The position numbers and the translations under genes are program-made. Shown here one piece after another: positions 41,201 through 49,490 of a stretch of 64,000 nucleotides of DNA. Position 1 is the first letter of the stretch. The number at the start of each line of letters is the position of its first letter. This DNA comes from an uncultured delta proteobacterium. Its GTDB lineage: Bacteria > Myxococcota_A > UBA9160 > UBA4427. Below the pieces are notes generated by a model. That model ran no database searches and was not told where the DNA came from. It was given only the letters and a program-made list of their open reading frames with translations. The stretch lies in assembly GCA_963822965.1 (NCBI GenBank), contig CAWGJT010000014.1, positions 430,288 through 494,287 of the forward strand, read 5' to 3'.

Positions 41201-41454
41201 GCTCGACCCTCGTCGGAGGAATCATCTTCTGGTACTTCATCAGCAGTCTGCGCTTCGCGGCCGACATGAGCCTGCTCCTGTCGATCCTGCTGCTGGCGAA
41301 CATGATCGGCGCGATCCTCGTCGTGCCGGCCTTCACCACCGTCTTCAAGCCGCGCTTCGCGCAGGCCGTCGGCGACGCCCAGGTGGTGGAGCGGGAAGAG
41401 CGGAAGGCAGCCCGCGCCGCGGCGAAGGAGCAGGCGAGGGAGCAGAAGGAGTGA
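38227..41454 (+). CDS. MMPL/RND-family transporter with two large extracytoplasmic insertions
   Basis: DLLP..HPY, ARAVSHSVQ, TDAFG, GVGVGVDYALY and 12-TM pattern. Confidence 0.88.
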   Translation: MDELSLRFSRFFIRHRRVNLILIGAATAYFGWQALHLQVFSQFIDLLPRNHPYIQVYENYNRQFGSANIVTAAIVANEGTIYDEGVLEKIYGFTDQIDKIDGVDHGQVSSITSIGIRNQEVDREGVLRSQQIVGEEALALLEAQFFTRRAIHRMPPDKVPTTLEDFKKAVADRKAELVLQLADSSALRLEKMEDQEKAAKIQALREEAAELEFLSLRLGELPKGYHLDGEELDGPEGTLIPKAMMQALPDRIHQNKQVYGRLVSLDDSAALVSAGFLEGRLDYESIFNRIYKLKTELEADGKVVVHLTGQPILIGWTFFYAVEIVLILLLSLGILVVLLGVYFRHWYGIVMPLSGAIVSAIWGLGFISIMGYQLEPLVLVIPMLITARAVSHSVQFVERFYEEYERLENKEEAVITSMAELLLPGTLAIVTDAFGILVIGVSSIALMKKVAIFGAFWALSIAVTEMLLNRLLIVYFPAPKHFKHYTPPAVRNFLRHTARIATGERSARIILVVWLIVVSSSFFAAYQVKVGESRPGTPILWDDSEFNQSARVISSKFFGADDFMVIVETEEPQGIHRPEVMREIEAFQRYMEQDPKVGGSISIVDFLKAINRTFHNGDPRWFRVPSTDQEIGGLLYLYEAGSPDPRILNPYRDQEARNAAIRIFYADHQGDTIRAAVDRSNEYIEKNPTGKISIRLSTDRKGFVGELLKRLGPLIPPPRAELEVRIREPDGHYERQEVTHPDRREPPPDDSAAWILTLPRMTKELADVLVESGFDTVQKIADADLEKLADVEGYDLVTAYALQKAAQDDRRHYTVRAEWSYQGDGGEIQAQIRSRGLYEADELWVKYHGGSWERRKSSNWAEGPSYALASGLMGVLAASNDEVEGSNNATLIASFATVFVVILLSYRSLSIGLLLITSLGSAALVSLAFMYFAKIGFDVNTLPVQALGVGVGVDYALYIMDRVVHERKRGHDLQEAVSIAIQTTGMAVFFTGSTLVGGIIFWYFISSLRFAADMSLLLSILLLANMIGAILVVPAFTTVFKPRFAQAVGDAQVVEREERKAARAAAKEQAREQKE

Positions 41455-42185
41455 TCGTCCGGCGCCTCCGGGTGCTCGGCCTGTCGCTCGGGCTCCTGCT
41501 GGGGGTCGCCGGCTGCCAGCCCGAAGCGCCCGCTACACCGCCCGCGCAGAGCCAGGCGATGGCGGAGTACTTCCCCATGGTGGAGAACGGCCGCTGGCTC
41601 TACTCGGTGCGAGCGAGCGTGGGGCAGTTCGAGATGGAGGTGACCGGGCGCGGCGAGCTTGCGCTCCCCGGCCGCGACGAGCGGGTCTTCGTGATGGACG
41701 AGCGCAACCTGGGCCGAAGCCTGGGCTTCGCGGTCGTCGCCCCCGTCGGCTACGTGAAGCAGGGCGGCTACGTGGCCCGCGTCTCGGGCGTCGACTACGT
41801 GGGTTCGGACCCGGGATCCGGCGAGCTCCTGCTGCTCGGGCGCTACGAGCCGACCTGGATGTTCCCGGTGGATCCGAAGCCCGGTCAGACCTGGGCGCAG
41901 GAGACCGACATGTTCGGCAACGCCGAGAGCGAAGGCGCGCGGCTGGGCTGGAGCGGGGAGATCCGGCCGCTCACGAAGCTCGAAGTTCCGGCGGGCGTGT
42001 TCGAGGACGTTCTCGAGGTCGAGACCCAATATCGAGACGCCGCGGAGCCGACTCCCGAGCCGAAGGTGATCTACCGCGACTACTACGCCCGAGGCGTCGG
42101 GCTCATCCGGAGCGTGACGGAGGATCCCTCGGGCGATCCGTCGAACCGGATCGAGCAGGTGCTGCTCGAGTACTCGATCCCCTGA
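41451..42185 (+). CDS. Hypothetical lipoprotein
   Basis: VAGC lipobox, YFPM..G.W.Y, VPAGVF and YYARGVGLIR; GTGA overlap with the RND stop. Confidence 0.7.
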   Translation: MIVRRLRVLGLSLGLLLGVAGCQPEAPATPPAQSQAMAEYFPMVENGRWLYSVRASVGQFEMEVTGRGELALPGRDERVFVMDERNLGRSLGFAVVAPVGYVKQGGYVARVSGVDYVGSDPGSGELLLLGRYEPTWMFPVDPKPGQTWAQETDMFGNAESEGARLGWSGEIRPLTKLEVPAGVFEDVLEVETQYRDAAEPTPEPKVIYRDYYARGVGLIRSVTEDPSGDPSNRIEQVLLEYSIP

Positions 42186-42250
42186 CGGGTCGCTCTGCGG
42201 ATCGGCTCGATCACGGCCTGCCCGTGCCTCCCGAGACGAGGGGAGAACGC

Positions 42251-43069
42251 GTGACGAGAGCCCGCCTGGTCCTGTTGCTGTGGGTGGGTGTCTCGATGGT
42301 GGCGGCCGACTGCGGCCGGGAGCGTCTCCTGCCGCGGCCCGAGCCACTGCCGGCGCTCGAGGGCGCGGATCTCGGCCCGTGGGAGGAGCGGAAGCTCGAC
42401 GACATCCGCCGCTTCCTGCCGCCCGACGAGCAGCTGGTGCTCGAGCAGACGCTCGTGAATCTCGAGACCGATTCGCGTCTGCCGCAGGACGAGACCCGGG
42501 CCGCCCTGAAGCGCGCGCTCTCCGGGCTGCCGGCGTCGGCGGGCTTCTGCGAGCGCCTGCGCGAGGAGCTGCGACCGCTCGAGCTCGTGGGGAGCCCGGT
42601 CGCGGAGCCGCCCGCACGGGTCGGAACCGCGGTTCCGATCGCGTTCGCGCACGACAAGTGGCTCAGCCCGGCCGGCCGGAGCCGCTACCCCGAGCCGCTG
42701 GACCTGGCGCGCGCGATCCGGGACGGTGAGCTCGTCGCCGGCGCCTTCGCGCCCGACGCGCCCATCATCGACGCGGACTCGCCGCTCTTCCTCACGGATG
42801 CGGCCGAGCTGAGCCAGCGGACGCCCACTCCCGCGCAGGGGCTCTGCCTCACCGGACCCCCTTCGCCGAGCTACGTCGTGGTGACACTGGGAAGTGACGA
42901 GCTGGGCTCTCCGCTGCGCATTCCGACCGCGGCCGACGCCGTCTGCCGCCCCAACTTCGTGCTCCCGCCCGCGGGGGCGAAGCGCGGTCGCACGTGCGCT
43001 GGGCTCTCTCAGTACGTGACGTCTCCGCAGACGTTGGCGAAGGTGCGAGAGTTCCGACTGTCCCGTTGA
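42251..43069 (+). CDS. Hypothetical exported protein or lipoprotein
   Basis: GAGGGGAG RBS and hydrophobic N-terminus ending VAADC. Confidence 0.6.
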   Translation: MTRARLVLLLWVGVSMVAADCGRERLLPRPEPLPALEGADLGPWEERKLDDIRRFLPPDEQLVLEQTLVNLETDSRLPQDETRAALKRALSGLPASAGFCERLREELRPLELVGSPVAEPPARVGTAVPIAFAHDKWLSPAGRSRYPEPLDLARAIRDGELVAGAFAPDAPIIDADSPLFLTDAAELSQRTPTPAQGLCLTGPPSPSYVVVTLGSDELGSPLRIPTAADAVCRPNFVLPPAGAKRGRTCAGLSQYVTSPQTLAKVREFRLSR

Positions 43070-43128
43070 GTCCCAGCGAGCGGTGCGGGGTAGCGCTGCG
43101 CCCGGCGGGCGGGCGATCATCGGCCGCG

Positions 43129-44262
43129 ATGATGAGGGGGGATTTCAGCAGGTCGTCGTGGCCCTTCTGGGTGCTGGTCTCGCTGCTCATCCATGCGGTG
43201 CTCCTGCTCTGCTTCCTCATCTGGGGCAGCTCCCTGTTTCCCAAGCCCAAGGTCCGGGAGACCGTGATTCCCATCACCCTCACGCGAGCGGAGCCGGATG
43301 CGGGTGCGGAGTACGAGCTGTCGCCCGAGATCCTGCACTTCCGCAAGAAGACCCACCCGCGCGTGCGCGAGGCGCTCGCCGTCGAGAGCGACGTGCGCGC
43401 GCTCGCCCCCCCGCCGCAAGACGTGCAGCTCACCCGGGAGGCCAGCGGCGGGGGCTTCTCGTTCAAGCTCGGCAGCTCCGGCACCCGTGGCTTCGTCTTC
43501 GGAGGTACCCACGGCGGCCTCGCTGCCACCGGGGCCGGCGGCGGCAACAGCAAGGGCGAGTTCGGCACCTTCGAGGAGTACGTGGGCGGTCTCCGGCAGG
43601 TCGGTCTCGAGGTGGTGTTCGTGATCGACGCCACGGGGTCCATGGGCTGGCTCATCCAGAGCGTGAAGGAACGGGTGCGGACCCTGTCCGAATGGATCCG
43701 CGAGCTGGTCCCGGTGACCCGCTTCGGCGTGGTGGCCTATCGCGACGACGACGACCCGGAGTTCCTCACCCGCGTCCAGCCATTGACGCTCAGCGTCGGG
43801 AAGCTGCGTGGGTTCCTGGACGATCTCGAAGCACGAGGCGGAGGCGACGTGCCCGAGGGTGTGACCGCCGGCCTGCGAGCCGCCATCGAGAAGGCCGGTT
43901 GGACCCGCGATACCAAGAAGGTCATCGTGATCATCGGGGACGCGCCCCCGCACCCGGAGGAGATGCCGGAGGCGCTCGCCCTGGCCCGCGACTTCCACGC
44001 GCGCGGCGGATCCGTGACCACCGTGGACGTCAGCTTCGACGCCAACCCCGAGATCGCCGCGGCCCAGCTCGGCAAGCGCGTCGACCAGCTCTCCACCGTC
44101 GGTGATCGCGGCGTCATGCCGCAGTTCCAGCAGATCGCTGCGGCGGGAGGCGGCGACGCGTCGAGCCTGGAGGGCGACGTCGAGGTCGTGCGGCAGCTGG
44201 CCGTACTGATCTTCGGAAAGCGGTGGGCGGAGGCCGTGGAGCCCCTGCTGGGCGACCTTTGA
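43129..44262 (+). CDS. Membrane-anchored vWA-domain protein
   Basis: N-terminal TM (SLLIH), Gly-rich linker, MIDAS DATGSM, YRD, GGGDVPE and GDAPPH. Confidence 0.85.
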   Translation: MMRGDFSRSSWPFWVLVSLLIHAVLLLCFLIWGSSLFPKPKVRETVIPITLTRAEPDAGAEYELSPEILHFRKKTHPRVREALAVESDVRALAPPPQDVQLTREASGGGFSFKLGSSGTRGFVFGGTHGGLAATGAGGGNSKGEFGTFEEYVGGLRQVGLEVVFVIDATGSMGWLIQSVKERVRTLSEWIRELVPVTRFGVVAYRDDDDPEFLTRVQPLTLSVGKLRGFLDDLEARGGGDVPEGVTAGLRAAIEKAGWTRDTKKVIVIIGDAPPHPEEMPEALALARDFHARGGSVTTVDVSFDANPEIAAAQLGKRVDQLSTVGDRGVMPQFQQIAAAGGGDASSLEGDVEVVRQLAVLIFGKRWAEAVEPLLGDL

Positions 44263-46622
44263 GGGCAGGGCGCCCGAAACGCCGCGGGGGGAGCGGGGCG
44301 ATGGTCCTGTGCTCGCTGCTCGCGCTCGTGGCGGCGGCGAGGCCGGGACTGGCGGCCCCCGCACCGGACTGGCCGGCGCTCTCCACCGCCGCCACGGGTG
44401 CCACCGACGAAGCCGCCGTCGCGAAGGTCGCCCGGGACCTCGAGGCACGCCTTCCGGTCGCCCCGGGCGACAGCACCGCCGCCGACCTCGAGGGGGCCTC
44501 CCGCGTCTTCGGGGAGCTCGTCGCCCGCGGCCAGGATCTGGAGCTCGCCCCGGGCGTGCTCGAGGAGCTGGTGGCGCTCGGGGCACGCCTGGGCGAGCGC
44601 GTGAAGGCGCGGCAGGCATTCGTCGAAGCGCAGGCCGGGGACGACGAGGCGAAGCTCGCTTCGCTCTACCGCTCGGACGCCTGGCGCGGCTTGAGCGGCA
44701 GTGCCGTCGAGGTGAGCTTCTGGCTGGGGTGGGCGCAGCTCGCGCGCGTCGACCGGGGCCTCGACGATCCGGAGCGCGCCGCGGCGTTGGCCGAAGCGGA
44801 GAGGGACTTCGCGCGAGCGGCTCGCGCCCTGGCATTCCCCGACCGGGCCGTCCGCAGTCTGCTGGGCCTCGGAATCGCGCGCCGCGAACGGGGCGACCTC
44901 GAAGGTGCGCGCCAGAGCTTCGAGCGGCTGCGGGCACAGCGCGCCATGCGCTCCGACCCGGCGCTGGCCAACCGCCTGCGCTACGAGCTGGCGCTCACGG
45001 AGATCGACGCGCTGGACATGTCCGCGGGCCAGAAGCTGGCCGACGAGCTCGCGAAGGCGAACGCCATCACCCCGTCGCAGCAGCTCGCCCTCGAGGCACG
45101 ACAGGTGCGCGCCTGGCTCCGGATCGCGCGGGAGCAGAGCGGCGACCGCTCCGAGCAGGCCGCCGGGGAGGCGGCGAAGCTCCTGCGCTCGCTGCTCTCC
45201 CGCGGCGGCCGGGACGCGGACGTGGCGGCTCGGCTGATCGCCCGCTACGCGAGCGACCTCGCCGGACGGGATCTCGGCGCCCTGGGCGCACTGCTCGAGG
45301 CCGACCGCGCCTTCCAGGCGGGGGACTGCGAGCGGGCGCTCGCGTCGTATTCGCTGGCGCTCCAGGCGAAGCTCCCCGCCGAGGTGGACGTTCCCCAGGC
45401 GCGTCTGCGGGCGGCCTGGTGCAAGAGCCGCACGGGTCGCAGCGAACAGGCGATGCAGGACCTGGAAGCGCTTCTCGCGGGCGGCCTGGCCGGGGAGCAG
45501 CGCGCGGATGCCGCCCGGCTGCTGCAGTCCCTGGCGGAGTCGGCCTATCGCTCGAGCCAGCGGGAGAAGGACCTGGCGCGGGTGAACCGCGCCGCCCGCA
45601 TCCTGCTGGAGACCGCGCCCGAAGGCGCGGGGGCGGACCTCGCGCGCTATCGCGAGGCGAGCGATCTCGCCGCCCGGGGCCGTACCGACGCTGCGCTCGA
45701 CCGGCTCGGGAAGATCGCGAGCGACAGCGAGAGCTACCCAGCGGCCCTCACCCTGCGGATCCGCCTCGAGGCGAGGAGGCTCGAGAAGAAGCGGCGCGCC
45801 GCCGGCCCCCGGAATGCGGCGGTGCGCGCTGCCGCGAAGGAGCTCGCCCGCAGCCTGGACGAGGCGAGCGAGCTGCGGGCCCGCGGCGAGCTGCCGCCCG
45901 ACTCGGAGCAGGAGGCCACGATGGCGGCCATCCGATGCGAGGCCGCCTGGCTGGCGGGCGAGGACCTGGCGTCCGTGGAGCGCCGGATCGCAGACGCACG
46001 TCGCCACGAGGGCCTGACGGAGGCAGCCCGGCTGGAGATCCTCGGGGTCGAGATCTCCGCCCTCGCCGCCGCGCAGGAGATCCCTCGGCTGGTGGCCCTC
46101 CTCGAAGCTCGGAACGACGACACCCTGGCCCGGGAGCTTCCCGTGTGGCAGGAGCGTCTTCCGGATCTGGCAGCGAATGCGAAGGCGACCGCCGCTCTCC
46201 CCGAGATCTATGCGCGTCTGCTCGAGGTCGCGCCGGCGTCGGCCCGGGGCGAGCTTCGCCTCGGTCGCATCGACGCGCTTCGCCGCGCCGGGCGCGGCCC
46301 GGAGGCCGTGACGCTCGCGCGCGAGCTCACGAAGGACGAGCCGGAGTGGGGCGACGCCTGGGTGGCCCTGGCGCGAAGCCTCGACGCCACGGGCGACCGC
46401 GACGCGGCAGCGGAGGTCTGGCGACGGGTCGGCGGCGGCGCCAGTCCCGGGAGTCACTCGTGGTGGGAGGCCCGGCTCGGTCTCTACGATGCGGCCCTTG
46501 CGGGCCCCGAGCCGGAGAAGGCCTGCGGCTGGCTCGAAGCGGGCAAGGAGCTGCCCCCGGCACCGGGGCTCGAGAGCCGGATCGAGAAGGCGAGGGCGCG
46601 CTGCAGCGCGTCTCCGGGATGA
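44259..46622 (+). CDS. Exported TPR-like alpha-solenoid protein
   Basis: Signal peptide and Ala/Leu/Arg-rich helical repeats; TTGA overlap with the vWA stop (alternative start ATG 44301). Confidence 0.7.
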   Translation: MRAGRPKRRGGSGAMVLCSLLALVAAARPGLAAPAPDWPALSTAATGATDEAAVAKVARDLEARLPVAPGDSTAADLEGASRVFGELVARGQDLELAPGVLEELVALGARLGERVKARQAFVEAQAGDDEAKLASLYRSDAWRGLSGSAVEVSFWLGWAQLARVDRGLDDPERAAALAEAERDFARAARALAFPDRAVRSLLGLGIARRERGDLEGARQSFERLRAQRAMRSDPALANRLRYELALTEIDALDMSAGQKLADELAKANAITPSQQLALEARQVRAWLRIAREQSGDRSEQAAGEAAKLLRSLLSRGGRDADVAARLIARYASDLAGRDLGALGALLEADRAFQAGDCERALASYSLALQAKLPAEVDVPQARLRAAWCKSRTGRSEQAMQDLEALLAGGLAGEQRADAARLLQSLAESAYRSSQREKDLARVNRAARILLETAPEGAGADLARYREASDLAARGRTDAALDRLGKIASDSESYPAALTLRIRLEARRLEKKRRAAGPRNAAVRAAAKELARSLDEASELRARGELPPDSEQEATMAAIRCEAAWLAGEDLASVERRIADARRHEGLTEAARLEILGVEISALAAAQEIPRLVALLEARNDDTLARELPVWQERLPDLAANAKATAALPEIYARLLEVAPASARGELRLGRIDALRRAGRGPEAVTLARELTKDEPEWGDAWVALARSLDATGDRDAAAEVWRRVGGGASPGSHSWWEARLGLYDAALAGPEPEKACGWLEAGKELPPAPGLESRIEKARARCSASPG

Positions 46623-46694
46623 AGCGCTGGGCCGGGGCTGCCGCGATCCGGGTGCGATAGCCTCCCGGCCCGCGGGTCTTCGAAGGAGACATGG

Positions 46695-47948
46695 ATGGCC
46701 GACCCGGGAGGTCCGGCGGCGCGCTACGACGTGGTCGTGATCGGTGCCGGGCCGGCGGGCACCACCACGGCCGCCCTGCTCGAGGCGGCCGGTCTCGACG
46801 TGGCGATCTTCGAGCGCAGCCGCTTTCCGCGCTTCTCCATCGGCGAGAGCCTGCTGCCCATCTGCAACGAGATTCTCCGGGAAGCCAAGCTCTTCGATCT
46901 CGTCGAGGCCCAGGGCTACCAGGTGAAGAGCGGCGCGGTCTTCGTGCGCGGGGACGAGCGCTGCGAGTTCGACTTCGCGCGCCAGTTCGGCGACGGTGAG
47001 ACCTGGACCTGGCAGGTTCCCCGGGCGGACTTCGACGCGGTGCTCGCCGAGGGAGTGTCCGAGCGGGGCGTTTCCATCTTCTTCGAGCATGCGGTCACCG
47101 CGGTGCAGGTGGGTGCCGCCCCGAGGCTGAGCGTCCGGCGCGCGGACGGCGTCGGGCACGAGGTCGACGCCCGCTTCGTCGTCGACGCCAGCGGCTTCGG
47201 ACGGACCCTCCCCCGGCTGCTCGACCTGGAGGAGCCGTCGGACCAGCCCGTCCGCCAGGCGATCTTCAGCCACGTGCGCGGCGACCGGCGCCCGGAAGGG
47301 CCCAACGCCGGCCGCATCTTCGTGATGATCCACCGCCGGGACGTCTGGATCTGGATCATCCCGTTCTCCGACGGCCGCACGTCCGTCGGCGTGGTCGCGC
47401 CGCCCGACTGGTTCGAGTCGCTGCCGGAGGATCCCACCGAGCGGCTTCGCGCCGCCCTCGCGGCGGAGCCGGCGGCACAGGAGCGCCTCGGCGACGCGGA
47501 GCTCCTCTTCGAGCCGCGCAGCCTGGTGGGCTACTCGGCCGCGGCCCGGCAGCTCTTCGGAGACGGCTACTGCCTCGTGGGAAACGCCACCGAGTTCCTC
47601 GATCCGGTGCTCTCGTCGGGGGTCGCGCTCGCCCTCTCGTCCGCCCGCCGGGCGTCGCAGACGATCGTCCGCCAGCTCGAGGGCGAGACGGTTGACTGGC
47701 AGGCCGACTACAGCGACTACATGGAGCGTGGGATCGACACCTTCCGCACGTTCGTGAACGCGTGGTACGACGGCAGCTTCCACGAGATCTGCTTCGCGCG
47801 GCCGGAGAACGAGCAGTTCAAAGCCATGATCTGCGCGGCGCTGGCGGGCTACGTGTGGAACCGGGAGAACCCCTTCGTCCGCGAGCACAAGCGCAAGCTG
47901 AAGCAGCTGCTGCGGCTCGTCCGCGCGGGCGGCGCGAGCGCGGGCTGA
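46695..47948 (+). CDS. Flavin-dependent halogenase-like oxidoreductase
   Basis: GAGPAG, FPRFSIGESLLP, VKSGA, WIWIIP (WxWxIP) and FLDPVLSSG. Confidence 0.85.
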   Translation: MADPGGPAARYDVVVIGAGPAGTTTAALLEAAGLDVAIFERSRFPRFSIGESLLPICNEILREAKLFDLVEAQGYQVKSGAVFVRGDERCEFDFARQFGDGETWTWQVPRADFDAVLAEGVSERGVSIFFEHAVTAVQVGAAPRLSVRRADGVGHEVDARFVVDASGFGRTLPRLLDLEEPSDQPVRQAIFSHVRGDRRPEGPNAGRIFVMIHRRDVWIWIIPFSDGRTSVGVVAPPDWFESLPEDPTERLRAALAAEPAAQERLGDAELLFEPRSLVGYSAAARQLFGDGYCLVGNATEFLDPVLSSGVALALSSARRASQTIVRQLEGETVDWQADYSDYMERGIDTFRTFVNAWYDGSFHEICFARPENEQFKAMICAALAGYVWNRENPFVREHKRKLKQLLRLVRAGGASAG

Positions 47949-48091
47949 TCGAGCTCCCCGGGACATCGGGCTCCCCCCGGGTCGGCGGCGCTGGCGTGAC
48001 ACAGTCCGTCGACGGGTCCAGCTGCTTTCCGATTGCCTCCCTGCCGTGTCGCGTGATAGATAGAAGGAGGAAGGAAGCGACTGGAGCGTGG

Positions 48092-48399
48092 ATGCGGCTG
48101 CCGGATCCCGATCTCGCGAGACCTTCCATCTCGTTCGCGTCGTGCGTCCGCGGGCTGGCGCTCTCCTTCGTCCACGAGCTGCTGCTCGGACCGGGAGCGT
48201 ATATCTCCTCTATGCCGGTGCGGGAACCGCGGACTCCGGCGGCTCCGCGTCGTACGACATCCAGCTCACCGTGCCGGAGCCCGGCACGGGTTTGCAGCTG
48301 GCGCTGGCGCTCATCACCTGGCTGGCGGGGGCCCGGAAGCGGCGTTCCCGGTCGGCTCCGAGCGGTCGGGTCCGTCTGGCCGACGCTCACCAGCGGTGA
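48092..48399 (+). pseudogene. Remnant or miniature PEP-CTERM gene
   Basis: AGGAGG upstream; ends YDIQLT-VPEPG-TM-RKRR; frame shifts near 48200. Confidence 0.55.
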
Positions 48400-49490
48400 G
48401 CGAACTCCTCCGCCCAGCCGGGCAGGTCGCGCACGGCGAGCTCGCGACCGGCGAATCGCACGACTCCGTTCCACAGCCCCCACACGCAGGTGCCGCCGCT
48501 CGAGAGCGGCCCGAGCCGCATGCCCGAGGTGTGCTCGTAGAAGGGCTCGAGGGTGAGGTCGATGGTGGGGGTGACCGTGCTGCGGATGCGCCAGGGCTTC
48601 ATCCAGTCCGCCGGGTCGTAGTCCCACTCGAGGTCTTCCATGACCTTGTAGAGGCGCCCCGCGTGGCAGATCCCGTTCTCGTTGGCGCCCGTGCCGGTGG
48701 TCCAGCGGTCGCCCATGTTGATGCCGAGCAGCTCGCCCTCGACCTCGCCGGTGGCCACCGCCCAGTTCCAGCACGCGCGGTGGGGCCAGACCCCGCGTCC
48801 CCAGTCCTGCACGGCGTGGCACTCGTCCGGACGCAGCGCGTAGCGCCGCTCTCCGACCTGCACCTCCCCCTCGCACGGCAGGGTGTTGTGCTTCGAGTTC
48901 AGCTGGAAGCGCGTGGCCGTCCAGGGCACCACCACGTTGAGGCTCTCGTGGCCGGCCGGCCGGTGGACCCGGAAGTCGGCGCGCACGGCCTCGCCGCCGG
49001 CGCCCGTTCCCCGGAAGCGCACGTCGAGGTCGCCGCCCTCGTTCGCGACGAGCAGGCTCGCCTTCGGGCTCTCCCAGGCCAGGGTGCGCTCCACCTCCTC
49101 GGGCAGCGACGCGTGGCCGGGGCGCCGCAGGTCCGTGGCCTCGACCCGCTCCCCCCGCTCGAAGTCCACGTGGAAGAAGGCGCAGAAGGACGCGTAGTCG
49201 AGGTCGGCCACGGTCAGCGAGAAGACGAACCGCCGGGACAGGAAGCTCCAGAAGTTCCAGCGCTTCTTGCGCAGCCAGTGCCCGTGCAGGTTCGCGCGCA
49301 CCAGCGGAAGCCGCGACCAGCCCCGAGCGGCGGGCAACAGGTGTCCCCGCGCGTCGCACAGGTCGGTGGGGCTCGTGAGCTCGCGCTCGTCGTAGACCCG
49401 AGGCGGCTCGCGACCCGCGAGCGCGCGGACCAGGATGGGGAGGTGGCGCGGCAGGGGGGTCTTCCTGTGCCGACTCGTCGGACTCGTCAC
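48387..49490 (-). CDS. DUF2804-like protein
   Basis: GWSR.P, KKRWNFW, QDWGRGVWP, ENG...GRLYK and PWRI; GTGA overlap with the RND stop. Confidence 0.75.
   Translation of the reverse strand: MTSPTSRHRKTPLPRHLPILVRALAGREPPRVYDERELTSPTDLCDARGHLLPAARGWSRLPLVRANLHGHWLRKKRWNFWSFLSRRFVFSLTVADLDYASFCAFFHVDFERGERVEATDLRRPGHASLPEEVERTLAWESPKASLLVANEGGDLDVRFRGTGAGGEAVRADFRVHRPAGHESLNVVVPWTATRFQLNSKHNTLPCEGEVQVGERRYALRPDECHAVQDWGRGVWPHRACWNWAVATGEVEGELLGINMGDRWTTGTGANENGICHAGRLYKVMEDLEWDYDPADWMKPWRIRSTVTPTIDLTLEPFYEHTSGMRLGPLSSGGTCVWGLWNGVVRFAGRELAVRDLPGWAEEFAHRW

Noticed and set aside
43129..46622. Agl-Glt gliding, Tol/Exb, or MoxR-vWA system
   Set aside because: No MotA/TolQ/ExbB, ExbD or MoxR ATPase gene in the window
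43737..48002. 1421-aa minus-strand ORF and similar long ORFs (3768-6431, 31117-33348, 38319-41123, 57905-60496)
   Set aside because: Antisense or off-frame shadows of motif-bearing genes; stop codons are rare at this GC content
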